This document shows, one piece after another, positions 27,173 to 35,488 of a DNA stretch of 64,000 nucleotides. The notes beneath the pieces are model-generated. The model made no database searches. It saw only the letters and a program-made list of their open reading frames with translations, and was not told the DNA's origin. The stretch spans positions 29-64,028 of the forward strand of contig DASYIX010000115.1 in the NCBI GenBank assembly GCA_035997125.1. The letters run 5' to 3'. Made by a program: the position numbers and the translations under genes. Source of the DNA: Gemmatimonadales bacterium. Its GTDB lineage: Bacteria; Gemmatimonadota; Gemmatimonadetes; Gemmatimonadales; GWC2-71-9. Positions within the stretch are counted from its first letter, which is position 1. The number at the start of each line of letters is the position of its first letter.

Positions 27173-27204
27173 TTTTGTCGTCCTGTGCCGGGTGAGGTCC
27201 AAGC

Positions 27205-27636
27205 GTGCGTCCGCGATATCTCACGGCAAGCCTGCTGCTTCTCGGTTGCGGTGCGGGGTCCACCGCCCGGTTGCCCGCCGATCTCGAGGCTCGAGTGGAA
27301 AGAGAAGGCGTGCTGCGGCGGGCGGCCGACCTGACCTTTCGCTACACCGAGGCGCCCGGACGCCGGAGCACGCGCTGGGAAGCCCGGCGCGCCTCCATCG
27401 TGGTCACCCCACTGACTATTCTGATACACAAGAATTCGAAAGTGGGACTGGAGGTCACACCTCGCACCCGTCGCGACGTGACCATCGAGCGGGATGGAAG
27501 ACGAGTGCGAGTGCGGGTAGGGAAGGGTCGGGCCGAAGTACTCTGGTCGTTCGAGCCACCCGACGGAGACGCCGAGGGCTGGACCCGGGATCTCCGAGCC
27601 GCAGTACAACAGATACCTCAAGAGCACGTGCCGTGA
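27205..27636 (+). CDS. lipoprotein, hypothetical
   Basis: GTG start and lipobox 'LLLLGC'. 143 aa. The next gene starts 2 nt after its stop. Confidence 0.6.
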   Translation: MRPRYLTASLLLLGCGAGSTARLPADLEARVEREGVLRRAADLTFRYTEAPGRRSTRWEARRASIVVTPLTILIHKNSKVGLEVTPRTRRDVTIERDGRRVRVRVGKGRAEVLWSFEPPDGDAEGWTRDLRAAVQQIPQEHVP

Positions 27637-27637
27637 C

Positions 27638-28372
27638 ATGGCCTCCACGCTGACCGCTATCGTTCTCACCGCTGTGCTCACCAGTGAGACTGATACCCTC
27701 ATGGCCCAACGAGCGTCGGTCCCGCCCACGGTGCGGATCCTCGACACCACCGTCGTACACCGGGTGAAGGCGCGCTATCAGATCTACCTACCGCCGGGAT
27801 ACCCGTCGGGCAAGCGGTGGCCACTGGTGTTGTTTCTCCACGGTGCAGGGGAGCGGGGAAGCGATTTTGCTGCCCTGTCCCACACTGGCCTAACTCAGCT
27901 TGCCGCAGGCCGGGCCTTTCCCTTTATCCTGGTGGCTCCCCAGGTACCGGCAGAGGAGATCTGGTCTATCCCGGCGCTGGCGGCCCTGCTCGATCGGGTG
28001 ACAACCGATTTTCGGGTGGATCCGGATCGGGTGTATCTCACCGGGCTGAGTATGGGGGCATTCGGCGGCTGGGACCTGGCCACCTCCTATCCCGATCGCT
28101 TCGCCGCCGTGGTGCTCATCAGCGGAGGAGGAAATCCAGTCTCCGCCTGCCGGCTGCGAGACGTGCCGGTCTGGCTGGTGCACGGCCGGAAAGATGATGT
28201 CATCCCGGTCGAGGAGAGCGAGCTGCTGGCTCGAGCGCTCCAGGGCTGCGGCGGATCGGTCCGGTTGACCGTGTATCCTGAGGCGGGGCACGATGCCTGG
28301 TCGCAGACGTACGAGGACCCTGAGTTTTTGAACTGGCTCCTGGCCCAGCAGCGAAAACCGCCCAGACGGTGA
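27638..28372 (+). CDS. alpha/beta hydrolase (carboxylesterase / phospholipase-type esterase)
   Basis: 'LVLFLHGAGERGSD', nucleophile elbow 'GLSMGAFG', and a C-terminal 'HGRKDDVIP...GH' catalytic Asp/His context. Confidence 0.8.
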   Translation: MASTLTAIVLTAVLTSETDTLMAQRASVPPTVRILDTTVVHRVKARYQIYLPPGYPSGKRWPLVLFLHGAGERGSDFAALSHTGLTQLAAGRAFPFILVAPQVPAEEIWSIPALAALLDRVTTDFRVDPDRVYLTGLSMGAFGGWDLATSYPDRFAAVVLISGGGNPVSACRLRDVPVWLVHGRKDDVIPVEESELLARALQGCGGSVRLTVYPEAGHDAWSQTYEDPEFLNWLLAQQRKPPRR

Positions 28373-28650
28373 GCGCTCCCCACAGGAGCGGGCACGTAGG
28401 CGGTCGAGATCATCCGGACAAATCCGCCGGACCAATGCTGGTTGCCGTGCAACAGGCTCTGTCAGACAAACGTGGCGGTGGGGTGAGGGGAATGGTTAAT
28501 TGCAGTGACGCAACCACAATCGCCTTCATGGTGCAGTCCGACTCCTATCACCTGGGGCAAGTGGCCTTCCCTCGGCGCCAACTGGGGACGCCTCCGATGT
28601 CTTACACGCGCTCGGATGCAGCGAGCGCGTCAGCCGCGCCGCTTGAATGA
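28369..28650 (+). pseudogene. possible remnant of a DinB-family gene (C-terminal helix only)
   Basis: Only the last ~45 codons, 'TIAFMVQSDSYHLGQVAFPRRQLG', resemble the DinB C-terminal 'H..YH.GQ' helix; compare 'HFAYHLGQLDYHRR' in the intact DinB gene at 43811. The rest of the ORF is not DinB-like. Confidence 0.3.
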
Positions 28651-28681
28651 CCCGATTGACTGTTGAAACAGGAGTGAACAT

Positions 28682-29083
28682 ATGACATGCGTTAGCAGCC
28701 TTACCATTCTTGTCGCACTCGCGCTCGGCTGCCGTAGCGGCACCTCACCGGATGCAACTCAGCACCCTGGCGGCGGAGTCGTGAGCTCAACTGGCCTGGA
28801 GGGGGTTACGCTCCGCGGTCCCACCCGGCCAGTTTGCCAGGTCGATCAGGCTTGCACCGCGCCCCTGGTAGCCGGCTTCGAGGTCCTTCAGGGGGGAAAG
28901 GTCGTCGCCCGTTTTCAGAGCGACTCCAAGGGACACTTCCTGGTCCATCTCCCGCCTGGAGCCTACACCGTGTCTCCCGATGAATCGGCGCCGCTGCTGA
29001 CCCGCGCCGACGCTCACGACGTGACCGTGGGCGCTTCGGGACTCACCCACGTCGAGCTCCAGTTCGACACCGGGATCCGCTGA
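28682..29083 (+). CDS. lipoprotein, hypothetical (beta-rich)
   Basis: AGGAG Shine-Dalgarno sequence and lipobox 'LALGC'. 133 aa. Confidence 0.6.
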   Translation: MTCVSSLTILVALALGCRSGTSPDATQHPGGGVVSSTGLEGVTLRGPTRPVCQVDQACTAPLVAGFEVLQGGKVVARFQSDSKGHFLVHLPPGAYTVSPDESAPLLTRADAHDVTVGASGLTHVELQFDTGIR

Positions 29084-29132
29084 AGCTACGGGGCCGCCGT
29101 CTGGAGTTCGGTCGAGCAGTGAATCAGATCCG

Positions 29133-29660
29133 GTGCGAGTAACCCGGGCCGACCGACAGGTCACCATCAGGGATCGAGCCGCAGCCCATTGGTTTCTCGG
29201 CCTTTTCCTGCTGGCCGGCGGCCTACTCTGTCTCGCGGCGCCCCTCGGCCTGGCCCACGACTCCGATCGTCTCCACTTCTGGCAGCGCGCAGCGAGCATA
29301 ACGGTTGGGTTGGGAGTCAGTCTCGGCGCGCTGTGGTGGTTAGGGCGGTCACCCGCTACCCGTGTCGTGCTCGATCCAGGGCGGCGTCGAATACACGTCG
29401 TCCGTCTGGGGTTGACCGGACGCAAGGTGCAGGAATTCCGCTTCGAGGACGTGGCCGAGGTGACCGTCGAGCAGGGCGAGGACAGCGATGGGGGTGTCGT
29501 TATTCGTCCGGTCGCCCGCCTCAGGAGCGGACCGACCATCCTGCTGTCGCAGCTGTGGAGTCACGACTCTGAGGGTGTGTTCGCGGCCGCAAGAGAATTC
29601 GCTCGCACCTGCGGCTTGACGTTGCCCCGGAACCTTGAAGGATCCAAGAACAAGTCATGA
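29133..29660 (+). CDS. membrane protein, hypothetical
   Basis: Two predicted TM helices ('HWFLGLFLLAGGLLCLAAPLGL', 'ITVGLGVSLGALWWL') followed by a soluble domain. ATGA overlap with the next gene. Confidence 0.55.
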   Translation: MRVTRADRQVTIRDRAAAHWFLGLFLLAGGLLCLAAPLGLAHDSDRLHFWQRAASITVGLGVSLGALWWLGRSPATRVVLDPGRRRIHVVRLGLTGRKVQEFRFEDVAEVTVEQGEDSDGGVVIRPVARLRSGPTILLSQLWSHDSEGVFAAAREFARTCGLTLPRNLEGSKNKS

Positions 29661-31072
29661 AGCGAGTGTGGCTCAGCGGCATGGCCTGGCTTTCCCTGCT
29701 CGGCCCAGCTCGGGGGCAGACTCCGACCCCGCTCGACTCCGTGAACCGCTACATAACCGCTGAGATGGAGCGCCAGCGCATCCCCGGCCTCTCGGTGGCG
29801 ATCCTACGGGGAGACCAGATGCTTCTCTCCCGCGGCTACGGTTTTGCCAACCTCGAGCTCAGGGTTCCGGCCAGCGACAGCACCATCTACCAGTCGGGAT
29901 CCCTGGGGAAACAGTTCACCGCCGCGGCCGTCGCGATGCTGGCCGAGAGAGGGCAACTGTCGCTGGACGACGGTATCGTCAAATGGCTGCCCGAGGGCGC
30001 CGGAGTGTGGAACGGGATCCGAGTGCGGCATTTGCTGACCCACACGTCCGGCATCGCGGAGTACACCGACTCGACCTTCGATTACCGGAAGGACTATACC
30101 GAAGACCAGCTGGTCCGATTCGCGGCATCCCGGCCACTGGATTTTCCCCCTGGAGAACGCTGGAGCTACAGCAACACCGGCTATGCGGTTCTCGGCGTCC
30201 TCGTCCATCGGGCCACCGGGCATTTCTATGGCGAGATCCTGCGCGACCTGATTTTCGCACCGGCGGGAATGCGCAGTACCCGGATCATCTCCGAGGCCGA
30301 CATCGTTCCCAACCGATCGGCAGGGTACCAGTTGCTGGACGGTGGGATCAAGAATCAGGACTGGGTCGCGCCTACGCTGAACACCACTGCGGATGGCTCC
30401 CTATACCTGAGCGTGAACGACCTGGCCCGCTGGGCGGTGGCCTTGAATCACCGGCAAACCCCGAGCGCCGCCGTGCTCGCTCGCGCCTGGACGCCGGTCC
30501 GGCTCAACAACGGCGGCGAGTATGCGTACGGCCTCGGGTGGGACCTGACCGAGCAGCGCGGGCATCCCCGTATCGGGCACACCGGCTCCTGGCAGGGCTT
30601 CAAGACCGCTTTATACCGATACCCGGAACCCGGGCTTACCGTGATTGTCCTTGCCAATCTGGCGCAGGCAGAGCCGGGCGCCATAGCAGAGGGCATCGCG
30701 GGCATCCTCGCACCGCCCCTTCAGCCTCCTCAGCTCCTCCCCGCTGCGCTGGCCGGCCCCCGTCCACCGACTCCGATTCCCGATCTACTGGCGCGAATCG
30801 CCGGCGGGACGGACTCCGGCGTGGTGACTCCTGGCCTGCGCAGCTTCCTGTCGGCCGCGGGCCGAAAGGAGTTGCGCGACCTCCTCTCGAACACCGGATC
30901 GTGGACCGACCTCGGATGCGACCGGGTGGGCGGCCGGAAAATCACCCGTCTGCGTGCGGGCATCGAGCGCATCTGCTACGCGCGCGGAGTCCGCGAGAAG
31001 TCGGGAGTCGTGGCGTCGGTCTATTACACGAGGGACTGGCGGGCCGCGAACTTCGACACGGGCTGGTTCTGA
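29657..31072 (+). CDS. serine hydrolase, beta-lactamase/PBP4* (class C-related) family
   Basis: Signal peptide, S-x-x-K 'SGSLGKQF', Y-x-N 'YSNTGY' and the 'HTGSWQG' triad. 471 aa. Confidence 0.85.
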   Translation: MKRVWLSGMAWLSLLGPARGQTPTPLDSVNRYITAEMERQRIPGLSVAILRGDQMLLSRGYGFANLELRVPASDSTIYQSGSLGKQFTAAAVAMLAERGQLSLDDGIVKWLPEGAGVWNGIRVRHLLTHTSGIAEYTDSTFDYRKDYTEDQLVRFAASRPLDFPPGERWSYSNTGYAVLGVLVHRATGHFYGEILRDLIFAPAGMRSTRIISEADIVPNRSAGYQLLDGGIKNQDWVAPTLNTTADGSLYLSVNDLARWAVALNHRQTPSAAVLARAWTPVRLNNGGEYAYGLGWDLTEQRGHPRIGHTGSWQGFKTALYRYPEPGLTVIVLANLAQAEPGAIAEGIAGILAPPLQPPQLLPAALAGPRPPTPIPDLLARIAGGTDSGVVTPGLRSFLSAAGRKELRDLLSNTGSWTDLGCDRVGGRKITRLRAGIERICYARGVREKSGVVASVYYTRDWRAANFDTGWF

Positions 31073-31225
31073 CACAAGGGCCGTCGCATTTGACCCGGTT
31101 GCACAACCGGAACGAGTGTCCCACATTCGCTCTGTTTCCGAGGGATTGGGCTGCGCAGTATCGGAGGTACCGTGGAACCCGAGCGGTCATGCACCGCGTC
31201 GAGGGCGAGATCGCCGAGTACCAGG

Positions 31226-31553
31226 CGCAGGGGACGGCCCGGCTCGGGGAGTTCGGAAGGAGGACTATGCCCGGCGGGATTATTTCGATCTGTGGCTCCC
31301 CGATCTTGCCCCCACTGCGCCACTGGTGTCGTAGGCTCTCTCCCAGCCATTCACCGACCAGCGCTGGAAGAGCTACGCGCGCCGCTACCGGGCCGAGATG
31401 CGCAAGCCGGCGGCACGGCGGCTGATTTCGTTGTTGGCCACTTTGTCCGCTGTCACCGATTTTTCAGTCGGCTGCTACTGCGCCGATGAGTCCCGCCGTC
31501 ATCGGTCCTTGCTGCGGGAGCTATTGGTCGAGGCGGGGGCGACGTTGGCGTGA
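31226..31553 (+). pseudogene. DUF488-family gene with an in-frame TAG and a degenerate N-terminus
   Basis: In one frame it reads 'ARGVRKEDYARRDYFDLWLPDLAPTAPLVS*ALSQPFTDQRWKSYARRYRAEM...FSVGCYCADESRRHRSLLRELL'. This follows the DUF488/YeaO pattern (PRG..K......W.K.LAPS...... F...Y..EL...C.C....CHR) but is interrupted by TAG at 31332-31334. The expected 'LVDRLWP' segment is absent upstream. Confidence 0.55.
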
Positions 31554-32047
31554 GCGAGCGCCGGTGGCGCGCGGCTCTCACTGTGATCCTCGCGATCTAT
31601 GGATGGGTCTGCCTTCGCTTTCCCGGCGACTACCGCTGGCTGGACAGTCTGGACCTGGCGATTCACGAGACCGGCCATCTGGTGTTCGCATTTGGCGGGG
31701 AGACGCTCACCTTGCTTGGTGGCACGCTGATGCAGCTCATCGTGCCGGCCGCGTTCGTCATCGCTCTGTGGCGCGCCGGCGACCGGCACGGAGCGACGGT
31801 GCCCCTCTGGTGGTTAGGGCAGAACTGTTGGAACATCTCCGTGTACGTCAGGGACGCCCGCACTCAGGCGCTACCTCTGGTCGGCGGTGGAGAGCACGAC
31901 TGGGCAGTGCTGTTGGATCAATGGGGATGGCTGGAGCGGGATCAGGCTCTCGGTGGGGCCATATATCTCCTGGGTGTGCTGCTGTACCTGGCGGCAATCA
32001 TCGGCGGCTGGCTGCTGCTGGTCACGCCTCGGCCGTCGTCTGAGTGA
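31550..32047 (+). CDS. membrane protein with HExxH motif (M50B-like putative zinc metalloprotease)
   Basis: 'LAIHETGHLVFAFGGETLTLLGGTLMQLIVP' lies within a protein of about 5 TM helices. 165 aa. Confidence 0.55.
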   Translation: MSERRWRAALTVILAIYGWVCLRFPGDYRWLDSLDLAIHETGHLVFAFGGETLTLLGGTLMQLIVPAAFVIALWRAGDRHGATVPLWWLGQNCWNISVYVRDARTQALPLVGGGEHDWAVLLDQWGWLERDQALGGAIYLLGVLLYLAAIIGGWLLLVTPRPSSE

Positions 32048-32188
32048 CCCGGGGTTTGTTGCGTCCGTGAAGCATCCGAAGAGTGGCGCGGGCCAGGTAT
32101 CCTTTCGGTATAATGCCAGATCAATCACTATCCCGGGGAGATGTGGGAGGTCATGTGACCTTCAGCACCCAATGCAAGGAGCCTCGAA

Positions 32189-32341
32189 ATGATTCGGAAA
32201 CTGGCTTCCGGTGGGTATCGGCTTTATTCCAGAAAAAAGGACCCCAAGACCGGGAAGCGCCGCAACCTGGGCACCTTCAAGACCAGGGCCGCTGCTGAGA
32301 AGCACGAGCGGGCCGTGCAGTACTTCAAGCGCGGCGGTTGA
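32189..32341 (+). CDS. small basic protein (50 aa), hypothetical
   Basis: AAGGAG lies 7 nt upstream of the ATG. The product is 'MIRKLASGGYRLYSRKKDPKTGKRRNLGTFKTRAAAEKHERAVQYFKRGG'. It is below the ORF-track size cut-off, and its stop overlaps the next ORF. Confidence 0.6.
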   Translation: MIRKLASGGYRLYSRKKDPKTGKRRNLGTFKTRAAAEKHERAVQYFKRGG

Positions 32342-32658
32342 GCATGCGCGCCCTTTTCCTGCTGGTTGTCATCGCCGCCGGCTTGGTCGGAGCTTCGTAT
32401 GCCGGCGCGCGTTTTACCGCCGGCCGCCTGATGGGACCGGACGCGAACCAGATGGCATCGCCAACGGCTCGTTTCGCCTTCGCCGGAATCCAGACCCTCC
32501 GCGCCAAGCCGCGTGGGTGGATCCTGTCATACCCATCTGCCACGGAATTCGGACCGCATGGCGCCGAGATTTACGTCAGCCCCGTCGGCCGCCTCCTCGG
32601 CACTCGGCCGGCCGACCTCGCCCGTCGAGTAGAGGCACGCCAGGCTGCCGAACCCTGA
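32338..32658 (+). CDS. membrane-anchored hypothetical protein
   Basis: N-terminal TM/signal segment 'ALFLLVVIAAGLVGASYAG'. 106 aa (TTG at 32338 or ATG at 32344). Confidence 0.5.
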   Translation: MSMRALFLLVVIAAGLVGASYAGARFTAGRLMGPDANQMASPTARFAFAGIQTLRAKPRGWILSYPSATEFGPHGAEIYVSPVGRLLGTRPADLARRVEARQAAEP

Positions 32659-32676
32659 TTTGATATGGAGGACTCA

Positions 32677-32910
32677 ATGGCTCGCTGCGAGATCTGCGGA
32701 AACGACTACTACCTGTCATTTCAGGTCGTCGCCGCCGGGCAAACCCATACCTTCGACAGCTTCGAATGTGCCATTCACAAGCTGGCGCCGGCATGCGATC
32801 ACTGCGGCTGCAAGATTATAGGTCATGGCATAGAGGCGAAGGGCACGTTCTTCTGCTGTGCCCATTGTGCTCGGGAGCGGGGAGTGAAGGCCGCGGTGGA
32901 TCACGTCTGA
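32677..32910 (+). CDS. small Cys/His-rich metal-binding protein (zinc-ribbon/metallothionein-like)
   Basis: 'MARCEICGNDY...FDSFECAIHKLAPACDHCGCKIIGHGIEAKGTFFCCAHCARE' has 9 Cys and 5 His in 77 aa. GGAGG lies 5 nt upstream of the ATG at 32677, inside the longer ORF-track call that starts at 32665. Confidence 0.6.
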   Translation: MARCEICGNDYYLSFQVVAAGQTHTFDSFECAIHKLAPACDHCGCKIIGHGIEAKGTFFCCAHCARERGVKAAVDHV

Positions 32911-32929
32911 GACGGCAGGATGAAAGCCT

Positions 32930-32957
32930 GAGGGCCCGGTGGGATCACCGGGCCCTC
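32930..32957. terminator. perfect 12-bp hairpin between convergent genes (bidirectional terminator candidate)
   Basis: GAGGGCCCGGTG-ggat-CACCGGGCCCTC. The minus-strand reading is followed by AGGCTTTCAT. Confidence 0.55.
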
Positions 32958-32977
32958 CGTGCACTATGGGCGATGGC

Positions 32978-34039
32978 CTACTGTCGGCAGGATGTCTTGG
33001 CGTGAGCCTTGGCTTTGTTCGACAGGTCGGTCATGGCGCTCTTGATGTCAGCCCGAGCGTAGTAGGTCTTCCCATACTGGTAGGTCCACAGGAAGAAGCC
33101 ACAGCCATAGGTGTTGTTCAGCAAGGCGTTTCCATAGGTGCGGAGTTCGGTCGCGCTCATGGCAGAGAGTCCGCTCGTGTACCCCCGGATCCCGCTGGAT
33201 CCGTTCCCACCGTCGAGGACGTTCATGCTCACGACCACCCCGAGTCCCTTACTCCTGGCTGACGCGACCTCGGAGGCGAGCCACTTTGCGGCGTCGCCCT
33301 TGCGGGAGGTGTACTGCGTCCACCCAGCATCGAGATAGGTGTAGGTGACCGGACTTGCCGCCAGCCAACTCGGCACTACCCGCACAACGGTAGGTACGGT
33401 CGGCCATAGCTGCTTACTGTACTTGGCCATTGCCTCCAGCGTCGCTTGGGAGATGATCTTCCCGCCCCACTTGGAAGCCCGATTGGGCTCATCGATCAGG
33501 ATGTGGGCGAGGACGGTCCCGTCGGCGATGTAGGAACCAAAATCAATCGCTTTGAAGCGGGCGACCATCGATTGCCACTTAGTCAGACTGAAGGTTCCAT
33601 CCCCGTTTTTTACCCAGGAGTCGGAGCCTCCAACAAGCTTGACTACCAGGCGGGCACCGCGCGCGCGCGCCGTGGAGAGCTCGATGAGCAGCATGTTAGG
33701 GCTGGGGACGCGTAACGCGCCGGTATGCAAAGGACCCAGCAGGGAAATGTCCAAGTCGTACGAACCAAAGACTATCCCGGGGGCTGCGGAGCCGGACAAC
33801 GCAATACCTGCGGCGCCCATCGTGTCTCCCGAAGGAACGGGAACCAAGGTGGAATCCACTGGAATGGCGGAGTCAGGAGCAACCGTCGAGTCCGTCGGAA
33901 CTGGCGCGGCGGCGGTAGGAGACTCGGTCGTCGGACCAACCCCATCGCTGCCGCTGCACGCCGCCAGAAACGCCATCAGTCCGATCGTGCTCGCCTGAAA
34001 CCAGGCCCTGCCATACAAGCGATTCTTATGGTAGATCAT
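32978..34039 (-). CDS. lipoprotein, hypothetical (possible glycoside-hydrolase-like barrel)
   Basis: The start at ATG 34039 gives 'MIYHKNRLYGRAWFQASTIGLMAFLAACSG' with a lipobox. A Thr/Pro/Ser-rich linker precedes a domain of about 270 aa. The gene is visibly more AT-rich than its neighbours. Confidence 0.6.
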   Translation of the reverse strand: MIYHKNRLYGRAWFQASTIGLMAFLAACSGSDGVGPTTESPTAAAPVPTDSTVAPDSAIPVDSTLVPVPSGDTMGAAGIALSGSAAPGIVFGSYDLDISLLGPLHTGALRVPSPNMLLIELSTARARGARLVVKLVGGSDSWVKNGDGTFSLTKWQSMVARFKAIDFGSYIADGTVLAHILIDEPNRASKWGGKIISQATLEAMAKYSKQLWPTVPTVVRVVPSWLAASPVTYTYLDAGWTQYTSRKGDAAKWLASEVASARSKGLGVVVSMNVLDGGNGSSGIRGYTSGLSAMSATELRTYGNALLNNTYGCGFFLWTYQYGKTYYARADIKSAMTDLSNKAKAHAKTSCRQ

Positions 34040-34540
34040 GAACGCACACACTTTCTCTCCCTCTGATGGGGAGGGCATGACCGCACACCGTTCGCTCCGG
34101 AGCGCGCTGCGGTCAGGGCAAGGCCGAGACGGTAGCAGGCCGACCAATTGGTCGCTGGGGCGAGAGCGTTTCCGGCCTTCGAATCAGCCGGAGGTCTGTT
34201 GATTTAAGTGGTGTTCGCCGAGCCGCTTACGGCTACAGTTCGCGACGAATGGACGCCTGCGTGGCGCCATCTCTTCTTTCCCCCGAGAGGGTGGGCTCGC
34301 GACGGGGACATTATACCCCCATGGGGTAGTCTTGTCAACCCACCAAATCAAGGGCTTCCGCGCTGCAAGCCGTCCGTTATCTCGTTGTCCTGATCACCGG
34401 GTTCATTGCGGGAAGCCGGTCGGTTGATGCGATCCGATCCTGGCGGGAATGGCATGCCTGGGCTATCCGCAACCCCTCGGGGGCCGACGCCTACCGCACC
34501 TTCTTTATGGGGAATGCAGCCGTTGCTCTGGTGAGCCTTC

Positions 34541-35446
34541 TCATTGCGGGTCTGGTGTGGTGGCTGCTGCGACCCGGGCGTTCCCTCCATCGGTAAGAAA
34601 GCGGACTCGGCCGGCAGGACTCCGGATCCAGACCGTGAGATACTTGCCATAGTCCGGGTCGCCGTCTTTGGGCGCGATGATCGCCTCGCCAATCGTCCAG
34701 CCCAGGTCGCCGCTCTTACCGGCGCCTGCCGCCACCGGATGCCAGCGCCACACCGCCGGGCCGGCCACCGCGCTTCCGATCGCTGCCGCTCCCCGGGTCA
34801 TCAGCCCGCCGCCGCCAAGGGTGAAGGACTCGGGCGCGGCCCAATGCCGAAAGGCCACTTCGGCGCCGCGCTTGCCGGCCAGTCGAGCAAAAGCAAGATC
34901 GGCGGCCACAAATGGCGCCACTGCGCCGGAAGCACGGGCCGGCTCCTTCGTGAGGGGCAATCCTGGTGGCAGAGCACCGGGCGGTATGGGTGCTACCCCG
35001 GTTACGAGGAGCGCGGCAATGGTCCAGCGTCCTTCGTCCCGGCGCCAGGTGGTGGTGTAGCGCCCAATTCGGGGCGGCGAATCGCCCCCGCGAGTGCTGG
35101 CGACGGCGATGCCCCAGGTCACTCCGAGCGTCGAGTCTCGGGCCAGCTTCAGTCCGAGGGGTTGCCAGGTGAGACGGAGCGAGTCGCGGTGGGGCAGGGC
35201 ATCGAGCACCTTCCGCAGCTCTTCGGTGCCGGCTCCGACCGGAGCGCCGGGCCAGAGCAGCACCGCCTCGCGATGCGCGTTTCCCAGTAGCGCCACAGCG
35301 AACCCCGAATCACTGCTCAGCTGCGACGCCGCGCGATCGGCCGCAACGAGTGCTGTTCGCTGGTCTTGAGCAAAGAGAGGGACGGAGAGGGTCAGCAGCA
35401 GGGCCGCCAGGGTAGCTGGCAATGGAGGTCGCATCAGGAGTGTCAT
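34541..35446 (-). CDS. secreted protein with two SnoaL/DUF4440-like repeats, hypothetical
   Basis: Signal peptide 'LAALLLTLSVPLFAQD'. Two similar halves each end in a 'W.R..G.W.I' / 'YLTVW' type motif. Confidence 0.5.
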   Translation of the reverse strand: MTLLMRPPLPATLAALLLTLSVPLFAQDQRTALVAADRAASQLSSDSGFAVALLGNAHREAVLLWPGAPVGAGTEELRKVLDALPHRDSLRLTWQPLGLKLARDSTLGVTWGIAVASTRGGDSPPRIGRYTTTWRRDEGRWTIAALLVTGVAPIPPGALPPGLPLTKEPARASGAVAPFVAADLAFARLAGKRGAEVAFRHWAAPESFTLGGGGLMTRGAAAIGSAVAGPAVWRWHPVAAGAGKSGDLGWTIGEAIIAPKDGDPDYGKYLTVWIRSPAGRVRFLTDGGNARVAAATTPDPQ

Positions 35447-35488
35447 TCCCCCCGTACGTTGGACGAGCCCTTCCGAGATTCAGCCGAC

